DNA of 64,000 nt from a virus (lineage: Duplodnaviria > Caudoviricetes). The stretch covers positions 32,001 to 96,000 of IMG/VR virus record IMGVR_UViG_638276483_000001; one strand, given 5' to 3'. A program made the position numbers and the translations under genes. Shown here piece after piece: positions 36,650 through 46,209 of the stretch (positions are counted from its first letter, which is position 1; each line of letters opens with the position of its first letter). The notes beneath the pieces were generated by a model. That model was not told the DNA's origin, ran no database searches, and saw nothing but the letters and a program-made list of their open reading frames with translations.

Positions 36650-37204
36650 ATGGTGTCGGAACTTGCGGCGCGGATGACAACCAAGCACAGGCGGGACACC
36701 TCGTTGTTGATATATCCGGTAGCCCTTCGGGGCCGTAAAGATGGAGCCGAATTGGAATGGGACGAGGCCGGGCGCCCGGCCTATGCGATCAGGACCGGTT
36801 CGGGCGGATCGAGCAAGCCAATGGTCTGCGTTACCGGCAGTAGGGCCCACGCCTTGGCGTCTGAAGGTGCGGACGCTTCGGAGGATGGCACAGAAAGAGG
36901 TACGCCAATCGTTACGGCATTTCATGAGAATTCCAGGGCCGAGCTCCGACTCACCGATGTTGCGGGGAACCTGTCCACTGGGGGCGGGAAGCCGGGGCAG
37001 GGTTATGCGGCCATCATGGATCAGTATGGAGTCCGCCGACTCACCCCGCTTGAGTGCGAGCGGCTTCAGGGATACCCCGATGGATACACCGATAGGCAAA
37101 GCGACGCTCAGCGATATAGGCAGCTCGGAAATTCCGTTGCGATTCCATGTGTTCAGTGGATCGTCAACAGGCTTGTGGCGTTTGACCAGAAGGAATCGGA
37201 ATAA
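36650..37204 (+). CDS. C5 methyltransferase, C-terminal part
   Basis: RRLTPLECERLQGYPD..RYRQLGNSV. Confidence 0.85.
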   Translation: MVSELAARMTTKHRRDTSLLIYPVALRGRKDGAELEWDEAGRPAYAIRTGSGGSSKPMVCVTGSRAHALASEGADASEDGTERGTPIVTAFHENSRAELRLTDVAGNLSTGGGKPGQGYAAIMDQYGVRRLTPLECERLQGYPDGYTDRQSDAQRYRQLGNSVAIPCVQWIVNRLVAFDQKESE

Positions 37205-37524
37205 GCGAGAAGTGGTGCCGTCAGGTTGTCCAGGATCGGGCCGACGGCCTGTGTGAGCGCTGCGGCCGAGGCGGGGGCACCACTCTTCACCACCGGAGAA
37301 ACCGCAGTCAAATGCCCAAGTCACGCCATTGGGAGCCGGCGAATTGTTCGATGCTCTGTGGCGACGGCGTGCGTGGATGTCACGGCTGGGTCACCGCTAA
37401 TCCCAAGTCTGCGGCCGAAGAAGGCTGGCACGTCAAGCCCTGGGAGGAGCCCGAGGAAATCCCGGTGAAGCGCCTCGGCGAATGGGTCCTCTTGGGCCAG
37501 GACGGCTCGATCAACAAACCATAG
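37201..37524 (+). CDS. HNH endonuclease (probable ATA start)
   Basis: GLCERC..HHRRNRSQ..ANCSMLCG..GCHGW; the CxxC and HH motifs lie upstream of the first in-frame ATG. Confidence 0.75.
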   Translation: MSEKWCRQVVQDRADGLCERCGRGGGTTLHHRRNRSQMPKSRHWEPANCSMLCGDGVRGCHGWVTANPKSAAEEGWHVKPWEEPEEIPVKRLGEWVLLGQDGSINKP

Positions 37525-37532
37525 GAGAAGCG

Positions 37533-37820
37533 ATGACCGCTCCAGCGACCATCTCCGTAACCGAGATGGAAGAGATGTTCTCGTGGGAGATCCCCTGTGG
37601 GGGGAATCGATTCCCCTTCGCCCGGGAGTGCCCGGAGCAGGCCGCTGCCACCCTGGTGAACTCCCACTCCATCGAGTGCGAGGGCGACAAGCCGGTTTTC
37701 TATAAGTGCGACTTCTGCTATTCGATCTGGCTGCGCGGCCACCGAGACAAGAAGGTTACCGCGATCACCTGCCTCTGCGGACTTGTAATCCCCTTGGAAG
37801 ACCTTTACGTGAGGATCTGA
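37533..37820 (+). CDS. Cys-rich hypothetical protein
   Basis: RBS aggag; similar to 35192. Confidence 0.65.
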   Translation: MTAPATISVTEMEEMFSWEIPCGGNRFPFARECPEQAAATLVNSHSIECEGDKPVFYKCDFCYSIWLRGHRDKKVTAITCLCGLVIPLEDLYVRI

Positions 37821-38131
37821 TGCACAAGCAAACCACCCTCACGCACTGGTCGGGTGAGATCGAAGTCGACGAGGGTATCGCCGGCCTCATTCAGAAACTC
37901 TGGGTTCGCGGGGTTCTGACCGAATTCTCCTGTCAAGGCCACGGGGATAGCCCCGCCTACATCATGTTCACCGACCTGGATGAGGCGATTGAATTCGCCA
38001 CCGAATCGGTGGAGGCCACGGGGATGTACGAGTTCGACATCGCCGTCTTCCCACCGTCGAGAAATGACTATCCCCGCGGGCGGGTGACATTCCCCACGGA
38101 CTATATCGAAGCATTGGAGCAGGTTTGGTGA
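37820..38131 (+). CDS. Hypothetical protein
   Basis: VDEGIAGLIQKLW..TEFSCQGH. Confidence 0.7.
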   Translation: MHKQTTLTHWSGEIEVDEGIAGLIQKLWVRGVLTEFSCQGHGDSPAYIMFTDLDEAIEFATESVEATGMYEFDIAVFPPSRNDYPRGRVTFPTDYIEALEQVW

Positions 38132-38266
38132 GCGACGCCCTGGGTGATCGAATCAAGCGCACGCCCGGCGGAGCGCTGGCGACATGCCAGGTTAGTGGTT
38201 GCTCGGTTTCCGGGCGCCAATGGAAGCATGACACCGGCCTGACATTAGATCAGGTCCGTCAATAGA

Positions 38267-38587
38267 TTGAGGTTTGACATGTACGGCAGCTATGAGAACT
38301 TCGGCCTCACCGAGGTCGTCGAGGCGTCCACCTATCGGGAGTACTACGACTGGCGTTGCCTCGGCGTCTGGTGGCATGAAGAAACCCAGTCCTATCGCGT
38401 CTCCACCGACGGGGGTTGCTCCTGCTCCTCCCCGTGGGAGTATCACCGGGCGCTGGACGACTTCGGCCGCCCCCTGACCTTCGCTGAGGCCCGCAAGGCC
38501 ATTCAGGATGAGTACTTCGACGCGAATTGCTTCGACGATAAGCTGCGCGCCATCGACAAGCTCACTGAATTCGAGCAGGCCCGGTGA
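38267..38587 (+). CDS. Hypothetical protein
   Basis: DGGCSCSSPWE motif. Confidence 0.7.
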   Translation: MRFDMYGSYENFGLTEVVEASTYREYYDWRCLGVWWHEETQSYRVSTDGGCSCSSPWEYHRALDDFGRPLTFAEARKAIQDEYFDANCFDDKLRAIDKLTEFEQAR

Positions 38588-38838
38588 GACTTGAGGCGAC
38601 CATTGACCTCGGGGGCGACTCCGACTGCGAAACCTGCGGATATTCGTACAACCACATCGCCTACACCTATGACACGGTGACGGGCCTCCACACGGCTGGT
38701 GCACAGTACGGCTGCACGGGGTCCGATGGTGTCAGCAATGTCGACGGGCGCGAGATGGTGAAATTCCTCGCCGCGCACCTCAACAACGAGGGTCGCGCCG
38801 AGGTCCAGGAGCTTATTGAATGGGTGAAGTCTCAATGA
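38584..38838 (+). CDS. Hypothetical protein
   Basis: DCETCG; GTGA overlap. Confidence 0.6.
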   Translation: MRLEATIDLGGDSDCETCGYSYNHIAYTYDTVTGLHTAGAQYGCTGSDGVSNVDGREMVKFLAAHLNNEGRAEVQELIEWVKSQ

Positions 38839-39128
38839 ACCTTCAGCCCGGATCTCAAATCATCTACAAGCGCGGCAATGACGAGTGGTCGGCAGTTGTC
38901 GACAGCGTTGAATACACCTCGTCAACCCCTGCCGTCTACGCGGAGTTGACGAGGCGGCAGAAGATCCTGCGCGCGCTCACCCCCAAGCGCTGGCGCAAGC
39001 CCATTCCGATCGTTCGGGAGGCCCGGGGGCCGGAGATCCGAATCAACACCGTGGACATGTGGCATCAGCGGCGGCGCGATGAGCGTCTAGCCGAATGGCT
39101 GGACGCGCCCCCGGCGCCCGATGAATAG
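38835..39128 (+). CDS. Hypothetical protein
   Basis: ATGA overlap. Confidence 0.6.
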   Translation: MNLQPGSQIIYKRGNDEWSAVVDSVEYTSSTPAVYAELTRRQKILRALTPKRWRKPIPIVREARGPEIRINTVDMWHQRRRDERLAEWLDAPPAPDE

Positions 39129-39136
39129 GAATTGAT

Positions 39137-40090
39137 ATGGCCACAAAGCTGTGGGCAATGAGGGGCTTTAGCGGAAGCGGGAAGAGCCGCCGGGCCCGGG
39201 AAATCGCCGACCAGAACGACGCCGTCGTCGTCAACCGAGACATGCTCCGCATGCAACTCCTCGGCGAATGGTGGACGGGAGATAAAGAAGATGAGGATCG
39301 CGTTACCATTGCCGAGGAGGCGCAAGTTGTCGCTTTCCTCAAGTCCGAGACCTCGGTCGTTATCGACAATACGCACATCAACCCTGCTTATCTCCGTAAG
39401 TGGGCGCGCCTTGCGACGCGTCTGGGTGTTGAGTTTGAGGTAGTCGACGTCCACGCCGACGTGGATGAGTGCAAGCGCCGCGTCTACCAGCGCTGGGAAA
39501 ACGAGATGGGCACACCCCTCGCCCGGTATCTGGACCCCAAGGTGATTGAGCAACAGGCCAAGCGCTTCCCGGTGGAGAAGTGGCCGGTGGTGACCGCAGA
39601 GCCGTTCATTCCGGAGCCCGCGGAATACGACGGCACCCTTTTTAAAGCTATCTTGGTGGACATCGACGGCACCGTTTCCAGGAACGTCAGTCGGTCGCAC
39701 TACGACTACACGAAAGTCCTCGAGGACGAGGTTCACGAGGAGATCGCCTGGTTGGTGAGGGTGCTGTTCCAGCTTCGGTACTTCACCCACGGCCAGGAAG
39801 AGCCCGAGATCATCTTCATGTCGGGCCGCGATCACACCTGTTACGACGACACGGTTGCATGGCTGAATCAGCATGACATCCCGTTCGATCGTCTGATCAT
39901 GCGCCCGGCCGACGCCAAGGATGAGTGCGGAAATAAGCTCCCCGATTACCTAGTCAAGTACCGGCTTTTCAATGAGCATATCCGGGACAAATTCGACGTT
40001 CTTTTCGTGCTGGATGACCGCCAGCAGGTTGTGGACATGTGGCGAAAACTCGGACTGAAATGCCTTCAGGTAGCCCCGGGGGATTTCTAA
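39137..40090 (+). CDS. pnk: Polynucleotide 5'-kinase/3'-phosphatase (T4 PseT-like)
   Basis: P-loop GFSGSGKS, NRDMLR, IDNT; HAD motifs DIDGT, SGR, DDRQQVVDMWR. Confidence 0.95.
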   Translation: MATKLWAMRGFSGSGKSRRAREIADQNDAVVVNRDMLRMQLLGEWWTGDKEDEDRVTIAEEAQVVAFLKSETSVVIDNTHINPAYLRKWARLATRLGVEFEVVDVHADVDECKRRVYQRWENEMGTPLARYLDPKVIEQQAKRFPVEKWPVVTAEPFIPEPAEYDGTLFKAILVDIDGTVSRNVSRSHYDYTKVLEDEVHEEIAWLVRVLFQLRYFTHGQEEPEIIFMSGRDHTCYDDTVAWLNQHDIPFDRLIMRPADAKDECGNKLPDYLVKYRLFNEHIRDKFDVLFVLDDRQQVVDMWRKLGLKCLQVAPGDF

Positions 40091-40193
40091 ATGGAATTTC
40101 TCAGAATGTGGTTAATGCTGGTGATCATTTTCTTCTTATCGGTTATCGCCGCAAAGCTTGATCAGATCATCGAACTTCTTTCAAGGTAGGCCA

Positions 40194-40676
40194 TTGAGCG
40201 ACGCTGCAAAAGGCAACCCCGGATACCGAAGCCGGGATCGCCAACACAAGCGCAAACCGTGTGTCGATTGCGTAGCGGAGGGGATAACCACCAATCGTCC
40301 CGCCGATTATCCTGGGCCGCGCTGCTGGAGTCACGACAAGGCGAAGAAGCGTGAGCGTAAGGCTAAGGCCAGAGCGCGGCGCTGGGATAGCATCTACGGG
40401 ATAACCCCTGATGAATACGCCGCAATTCTAGAAGAGCAGGGTGGGCGTTGCGCCCTATGCCAGAGGGCCAATGGGACCACGAAGGCATTAGCAGTTGAAC
40501 ATGACCATAAAACCGGCGTGGTGAGGGGCATTTGCTGCGGCCCCTGCAACCTCGGCGTGCTTGGCCATGCTCGCGACGATATCGCGTTCTTCGAGCGCGC
40601 GATCGACTACCTGAATTCCCCGCCGGCGGTTCGCGCCATCGGGATCAGGGTTGTCCCTGACCATATCGAGGAGTAA
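40194..40676 (+). CDS. Endonuclease VII (Holliday junction resolvase family)
   Basis: YGIT..QGGRCALC..LAVEHDHKTG.VRGICCGPCN. Confidence 0.88.
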   Translation: MSDAAKGNPGYRSRDRQHKRKPCVDCVAEGITTNRPADYPGPRCWSHDKAKKRERKAKARARRWDSIYGITPDEYAAILEEQGGRCALCQRANGTTKALAVEHDHKTGVVRGICCGPCNLGVLGHARDDIAFFERAIDYLNSPPAVRAIGIRVVPDHIEE

Positions 40677-40679
40677 TTC

Positions 40680-40910
40680 ATGACCACAACCCCCTGCTTC
40701 GGGAAATCGGACATCTTCTGCGATGAAAACGAGAACGGCGGGAAGGGCGCCGCGGAGGCCAAGAAGATCTGCTGGTCCCAATGCAACCGCCGAGAGAAGT
40801 GCCTCGAGGAGGCGTTGAGGTTCGAGGAGCATGAGCCGGTGCGCCTCGGGGTGTGGGGCGGCCTCAGCGCCAATGAACGAAACAAGATCTACGGCCGAAA
40901 GTCTTCATGA
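40680..40910 (+). CDS. whiB: WhiB-family transcription factor
   Basis: AKKICWSQC..CLEEAL..GVWGGLSANER. Confidence 0.9.
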   Translation: MTTTPCFGKSDIFCDENENGGKGAAEAKKICWSQCNRREKCLEEALRFEEHEPVRLGVWGGLSANERNKIYGRKSS

Positions 40911-41707
40911 GTCAGTGCGCTGCATCTCCGAATTGTTCCAAGACTCCATCGAAGTTTAAGCGGGGCATGTGCGGCGCCCACCATCGAGCTTATCTGCGGC
41001 GCGCCAGGGACGAGGGGGTGTGGCGGGGGCATGTGCCCGCTGGGCCAGTCCAGGAGCATCTAAAAGCCCTGGCCGATGCCGGGGTGAGCGCTCAACGCGT
41101 CTCGTGGGTTACGGGGTTAAGCCTGAACACTCTCCTTCAGATTCCCGAGCGGGAGACTCTTTGGTCGACGACCGCCGACAAGATTCTTGCCGTCCGGGTG
41201 GATGGGAATTTCCGCGAGGGCGGCAGGGGCATGATCCCCGTTCTTGGGTCTCGGCGGCGGCTGCAGTCCCTGCACTCCCGCGGCTTCACGGTCGTCCACT
41301 TGGCCGAGCGCCTCGGCATGAGTATTACCGCTACGACCAGAATTTTGCGCCCTGATGATCCGCGCTCGGTGGACAGGGTGGAGTCGGGGACGGCGCGCAA
41401 GATCGACGCCCTGTGGCGCGAGCTGCAACTTGCTGCCCCGCCGCAGGGCGCGGCGTGCACCAAGGCTCGCAGGCGTGCGGCAAAGCTCGGCTGGCCGGAC
41501 CCCCTGGCCTGGGAAGAGAACGAGATCGATGACCCGCGGGCCCGGCCCCGCATCGATCCCACCCTCCTCACCAAGGGGCGACTCGAGGAGTACAAGAGGC
41601 TCCGCGACGAGGGCCTCACCAAGAAGGAAATCGCCAAGCGGTTCGGCCTGAATGAATCCACTCTCTACGACTGGATCAACCGCCAGAAGAAAAAGGGAAA
41701 CCTATGA
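40907..41707 (+). CDS. Multi-HTH DNA-binding protein
   Basis: RRRLQSL..G..LAERLG; PLAW..IDDP; C-terminal HTH. Confidence 0.75.
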   Translation: MSQCAASPNCSKTPSKFKRGMCGAHHRAYLRRARDEGVWRGHVPAGPVQEHLKALADAGVSAQRVSWVTGLSLNTLLQIPERETLWSTTADKILAVRVDGNFREGGRGMIPVLGSRRRLQSLHSRGFTVVHLAERLGMSITATTRILRPDDPRSVDRVESGTARKIDALWRELQLAAPPQGAACTKARRRAAKLGWPDPLAWEENEIDDPRARPRIDPTLLTKGRLEEYKRLRDEGLTKKEIAKRFGLNESTLYDWINRQKKKGNL

Positions 41708-41928
41708 GCATCTACTTCGAGATCCCCGAAGGGCAAATGATCGAAGGCGTATTCGAGGTGGGGCCCGGCGCCAACATCCGGGAATTAGCCCCCGGTAAGT
41801 ATGCGATCCTCCCCGACCTCAACGCCCCCTCGGGGGGCTGGACCCCATTCAACGCCGACGGCGAGATTGACTCCGAACGCCTCGCGGCCGAGGGCTGGGC
41901 GGTCCTCGGAACTATGCAGGAGGAGTAA
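41704..41928 (+). CDS. Hypothetical protein
   Basis: ATGA overlap. Confidence 0.6.
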   Translation: MSIYFEIPEGQMIEGVFEVGPGANIRELAPGKYAILPDLNAPSGGWTPFNADGEIDSERLAAEGWAVLGTMQEE

Positions 41929-42477
41929 TTGGACGACAGCGATCACCGCTGCCATTCCGGAGAATACTGCGTAGCCCTCACCCCCGATGGGGCGGCGCTC
42001 ACCACCCGCATGGACACCCTGTGCCACGGATGCATCACGCGACTGCAAGAGCAGTACGACGAACTCCGGGTCATCAGGAAAGTCCTGGAGATGTTCAAGG
42101 GCGGACTGTGGGGGCAATCCGGCGAGGCCAAAGTCTCGTCCTCGTCGGAGCCCTCACCGCCGCTGAATGTCCACGCATTGGACGTCATCAACGAGGTCGA
42201 AGAAGTCCTCGAGGATGTCGGCTCACTGCCCGTGGCGGATTTGGTGAGACATGAGAACGGCGTCTCCCGATCGTTGCGCATCGGGAAAGCGTGGCGCCAG
42301 TCCGACGGCATCATCGGCATCTCCCGGGTGTGGAGCCGGCGCTTTGCCAACTGTCCGGAATGCGAGCAAAGAACCCTTGGGTGTTATGCGGGGAGTGAAT
42401 CAATCGAATGCGCTTCTTGCAACATCCGACTGACCCGGGACGAGTATTCCGTCCTCTGCCTTCAATCCCTTAAATAA
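41929..42477 (+). CDS. Zn-ribbon hypothetical protein
   Basis: RBS aggagg; CPEC..CASC. Confidence 0.7.
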   Translation: MDDSDHRCHSGEYCVALTPDGAALTTRMDTLCHGCITRLQEQYDELRVIRKVLEMFKGGLWGQSGEAKVSSSSEPSPPLNVHALDVINEVEEVLEDVGSLPVADLVRHENGVSRSLRIGKAWRQSDGIIGISRVWSRRFANCPECEQRTLGCYAGSESIECASCNIRLTRDEYSVLCLQSLK

Positions 42478-42486
42478 GGAGGGCCC

Positions 42487-42840
42487 GTGACGGATGTGGC
42501 CCAAATCCCCTTCAAATACGTCCAAGACCGGATCGTCGAACTCGCCAAAGAACAGCCCTGGCGGAAGTCCATCGGCGCGTACTTCATCTCCGGTCAACCC
42601 GAGTGCATCATCGGGCATGTCCTGGCCGATATCGGCATCGGCGCCGACGGCACCCGCCTGGTCAACCGGAAAGGTGTCCCCACGTTCTCGGTCGGCCACC
42701 TGGCGGACACCTTCGACTGGAACGAGCTCGGCGTCCAAACCCCCACCCGCCGACAGATCGGCTGGGTACAGGTCGTCCAGTCCCGCCAGGACTGCGGGGA
42801 CACCTGGGGCGAAGCCGTAAAGAGAGCGGGAAAGCGATGA
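42487..42840 (+). CDS. Hypothetical protein, paralog of 34872-35195
   Basis: GQPECIIGH..QDCGDTWGEAV. Confidence 0.7.
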   Translation: MTDVAQIPFKYVQDRIVELAKEQPWRKSIGAYFISGQPECIIGHVLADIGIGADGTRLVNRKGVPTFSVGHLADTFDWNELGVQTPTRRQIGWVQVVQSRQDCGDTWGEAVKRAGKR

Positions 42841-42927
42841 AGAAACTGTATCGCCGGGTCTCGGCATATCTCTGGTACCTCTACTGGCGAATCACCGGCC
42901 GGTAACTCCAACAAAAGAAGGAAATCA

Positions 42928-43614
42928 ATGAGCCTTAGCAAGCCTCACACCAGCAACTCGCCCGTACGCCGGTGGTTCAAAATCAAGGGAACCAAGGGTG
43001 GCGGCATCACCTACTGGGATAAGTCCGCGGAAGCGGAGCGCGAGGTCGCCACCCCGTTCCATTTCGTGGTGCTCGACACCCTGAATGCCATCTCGGGGTT
43101 CCACAAGCCAAGCAACACCGGCATCCGCAGCAACGAGATCCGCGACACTCGCAACGAGCGTCTGGTGGTCCGCGCGGGTGCCACCGTGCTCGCCGAGGGC
43201 CTCTACAACGACATCAAGGACGTAATGAAGGGCAAGGGCGGCAAGTTCGCCAATAGCGTTTACATTGCGTTCAAGGATGGCGACGACCTGGCGATCGGCA
43301 ACATCCTTCTCGCCGGCGCCGCCCTGTCCGAGTTCTTCGACTTCAAGAAGGGCAAGAATCTCGACAACGAGCCCGGTGTCGCCATTACCGGATTCGACGG
43401 GCCCCACCTTTCCGGGACGAACGAATACTGGAAACCCGTCTTCGGCTCCTGGACCCCGAGCGACCTGAACTCGGCCATCGCCCTCGACGAGACCCTTCAG
43501 GCGTACCTGGATGGCTCGGGTCAGCCGGAGGAGTCCGCGGCGGCCGACACCCCGTCGCAGGGGTCGTTCGGCGCTGCCGACGAGAGCCCCTGGGACGACA
43601 CCCCGCCCTTCTGA
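42928..43614 (+). CDS. Putative ssDNA-binding/annealing protein
   Basis: Acidic tail ending DDTPPF; adjacent to prim-pol. Confidence 0.6.
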   Translation: MSLSKPHTSNSPVRRWFKIKGTKGGGITYWDKSAEAEREVATPFHFVVLDTLNAISGFHKPSNTGIRSNEIRDTRNERLVVRAGATVLAEGLYNDIKDVMKGKGGKFANSVYIAFKDGDDLAIGNILLAGAALSEFFDFKKGKNLDNEPGVAITGFDGPHLSGTNEYWKPVFGSWTPSDLNSAIALDETLQAYLDGSGQPEESAAADTPSQGSFGAADESPWDDTPPF

Positions 43615-43632
43615 CAGTTTTGAGGAATCTCA

Positions 43633-44292
43633 TTGCTTACTTACAGCCAATGCCAACAATGCAACGGGATTCTCCAGGTGACCTGGGTGGGTCAGCAGAC
43701 CCATCCGGGTTGCCCACAAACCGAGGAAGAGTTGAAGCTTCGGGAATTCGTTGACGCCATTCAGCGGGGCGACGAGGCCGCGGCCGACAAACTCGAGGCG
43801 GAACTCAATAGGCCCAAGCCCGCGAAGCTGGGGCCCGCCGCCCTCTGGTACGCGAAGAGGGCGGGCTGGGCGGTCTTCCCACTCGTGCCAGGCGAGAAGC
43901 GGCCGGCCACCAAGAACGGCTTCAAGGATGCGACCCGCGACGAGGCTCAGATCCGGAAGTGGTGGACGGAGAACCCGAATTACAATATTGGCCTCCCGAC
44001 CGGGAGGGCCGCGGGCTTCGACGTGGTAGATATCGACGGGCCCGAGGGGATGAAATCCCTAGCCGAGCTGGGCGAGGGCGTCCTGCCCGACGTGCATGGA
44101 AAAGTCGCAACCCCGAGGGGCTTCCACTTGTATGTGGCGGGGACCGACGACGGCAATCGTGCCGGCGTGCGCCCCGGTATCGACTATCGATCGACTGGCG
44201 GCTTTGTTGTCGCCGTCCCCTCGGTCGTAAACGGGAAGCAATATTCGTGGGTCGTGAGACCTTCGCCGGAGATCCTGAAGGGCGCGAAATGA
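43633..44292 (+). CDS. Bifunctional DNA primase/polymerase N-terminal domain
   Basis: GWAVFPL..KRP..GFKDAT..NIGLPTG..VVDID..TPRGFHLY..GIDYR. Confidence 0.9.
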   Translation: MLTYSQCQQCNGILQVTWVGQQTHPGCPQTEEELKLREFVDAIQRGDEAAADKLEAELNRPKPAKLGPAALWYAKRAGWAVFPLVPGEKRPATKNGFKDATRDEAQIRKWWTENPNYNIGLPTGRAAGFDVVDIDGPEGMKSLAELGEGVLPDVHGKVATPRGFHLYVAGTDDGNRAGVRPGIDYRSTGGFVVAVPSVVNGKQYSWVVRPSPEILKGAK

Positions 44293-44528
44293 CCACCCGC
44301 TTCAGAACCTGGTGGCTGGGCCTCCCGTTCCCGCTCTGGACCCTCAGCGCGTGTAAGCCCTTCTCGCCTTGGTGCTTTGTCGAGGAGGTGCTCTCGGCCG
44401 CGTTCCCGCTCACCTTCGGGTGGTGCGATCCGGATAACGGGCTGTGGCACGAGACCTTTATGGGCGAGTGGATTCACGACAAGCACAACGCCGCCATTGA
44501 GAAGCATTACGACAAGAGGGATCGGTGA
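44289..44528 (+). CDS. Hypothetical Trp-rich protein
   Basis: ATGA overlap. Confidence 0.55.
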   Translation: MTTRFRTWWLGLPFPLWTLSACKPFSPWCFVEEVLSAAFPLTFGWCDPDNGLWHETFMGEWIHDKHNAAIEKHYDKRDR

Positions 44529-44640
44529 CCGTCGAAGATATCGAAGACTCCGTCGGCGTATTCGTCGGTAGCGAGATCCTCGACTACGACGAAGAAAACG
44601 ACGTCATCTACTACGTGATGTATTACCGCCCGATAGGGGA

Positions 44641-44976
44641 TTGAAAATGAAAACGGTCATTAGCGAAATGATTAATTGGCCAGTGGCGGAGCCGGGCGAC
44701 TTCGACACCATCGACCTCGATCAGCGCTTCTTCGTTATGGAGGATGAGGATGGCGACCGCTATTACGCCTTCGGCCACGTGTCAGAGCAGGAAATGTACG
44801 CCGAGGTTAATCGCTACCTACGTCACATGCTTCCGTCTGGCGATTTCGATGATGCCGAGTGGGGCGGTCTGCAGCATGTCTACGCGAAGTTTGTTGACCG
44901 CGATGGCGAGCGCTTCAGATGGGGTGCGGCACCCGAGGACCCACACGCCTTCCCGATGACGGTAGCGACACTCTGA
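44641..44976 (+). CDS. Hypothetical protein
   Basis: Operon packing. Confidence 0.65.
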   Translation: MKMKTVISEMINWPVAEPGDFDTIDLDQRFFVMEDEDGDRYYAFGHVSEQEMYAEVNRYLRHMLPSGDFDDAEWGGLQHVYAKFVDRDGERFRWGAAPEDPHAFPMTVATL

Positions 44977-45314
44977 TGGCCGGAACAATCCAGATCGAAT
45001 TTCCCGACTGCGGGGAAATCAACAGCAACGACACCGGCCAGCACATCGTGGTGCAGACCGATAATTGCGTGGCCGTGCCGCCGGGGCCTCCACCGGTCAT
45101 CTCTTGGTGGGAAACCCTGATTATCGGCATTGTTGCATTGTCGGTGATCATCGGCGCCGCCATCGTCCGATACCGCGCCCACGAGCTGAAGCCGGAGCGT
45201 CTGGAGCAGAAGCGCCTCGCGCGCAAGCAGGAGATCGACGGACAGGTCGAGATAGCCAAGGCGCGCAAGGTGTGCCGCACCTGCGGCGACAAATACGAAC
45301 CGGAGCTGAAGTGA
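44976..45314 (+). CDS. Membrane protein with C-terminal Zn knuckle
   Basis: One TM helix; CRTC. Confidence 0.65.
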   Translation: MAGTIQIEFPDCGEINSNDTGQHIVVQTDNCVAVPPGPPPVISWWETLIIGIVALSVIIGAAIVRYRAHELKPERLEQKRLARKQEIDGQVEIAKARKVCRTCGDKYEPELK

Positions 45315-45613
45315 TGGAATCCGCAGAAGACATTCTCCGTGAACTCGCCCAACCCCTCGACCCCGACGCCCGGATGCAAGCCTACTACTACGGCTTTGAG
45401 CCCACGGGGCTGGCGGTGATCGACCGCATTCTCTCAGCAGTGGCTATCGCAGGGAAGCGATGCCATCGCACGGAGGACTGGAACGACCCGTGGGGTGACG
45501 AGATGACCGAAGAGGATCGAATTCAGATGGCGGCCGAGGAATCTGCCGAGCAGATCCGCAAACTCCTCGCCGTGGCGGAGTTGCTTCTCGTGGATCAAAT
45601 GGAGCGGGAATGA
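45314..45613 (+). CDS. Hypothetical protein
   Basis: AYYYGFEPTG..IDRILSAVAIAGK..W. Confidence 0.7.
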   Translation: MESAEDILRELAQPLDPDARMQAYYYGFEPTGLAVIDRILSAVAIAGKRCHRTEDWNDPWGDEMTEEDRIQMAAEESAEQIRKLLAVAELLLVDQMERE

Positions 45614-45882
45614 CATTTGGATGCGCGCGCTGCGACAAGCGCTGGGGCGGGATGAACACCGCCCACTGTGGCGGGTGCCATGAAACCTTCACCGGGCTGT
45701 CCGCTTTTGACAAGCACCGCATCGGCCCACACTCCGACCGGTCATGCCTCCACCCCGCCACAGCGGTGAATGAAATCCCCGACTCGGACGATTTCGGCGA
45801 GAAGTTGTTCAAGCGGTCCGGCCGCGATTACCCCTGCTGGTCCCTGGCGGGGGATATGCCCGAATTCTGGAGCAAGGCGTGA
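45610..45882 (+). CDS. Phage FDXHR-type zinc-binding protein
   Basis: CARC..HCGGCHETF..AFDKHR. Confidence 0.75.
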   Translation: MTFGCARCDKRWGGMNTAHCGGCHETFTGLSAFDKHRIGPHSDRSCLHPATAVNEIPDSDDFGEKLFKRSGRDYPCWSLAGDMPEFWSKA

Positions 45883-46184
45883 ATACCATCCCGCCGCCGC
45901 GGCCACCCATCGAACCCGAATACGAGGATGTCGACTCATTCCCCGACCAAGCCCACGACTGGGGTGGCGAATGGGAAGAGGGTTACCACGGCGGATTCGT
46001 CTGCAACGCCTGCAAAGAATGTTCCGATTGCTCATGGTGCGATCAGGACGTCCCTGACGGTGTGGATTGCCTCCGGAATCAAGCCGATATGCGCAACCGG
46101 ATAAAGCGCATCGCTTACAACAGGGCCCTTTTGCGCTACGAAGCCCAGATGGACTACTACCGCGAGATCACGGGGTCCGATTAA
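45879..46184 (+). CDS. Cys-rich hypothetical protein
   Basis: GTGA overlap. Confidence 0.6.
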   Translation: MNTIPPPRPPIEPEYEDVDSFPDQAHDWGGEWEEGYHGGFVCNACKECSDCSWCDQDVPDGVDCLRNQADMRNRIKRIAYNRALLRYEAQMDYYREITGSD

Positions 46185-46209
46185 TCGCTCGACTCAGGAG
46201 GGTTTCAAA

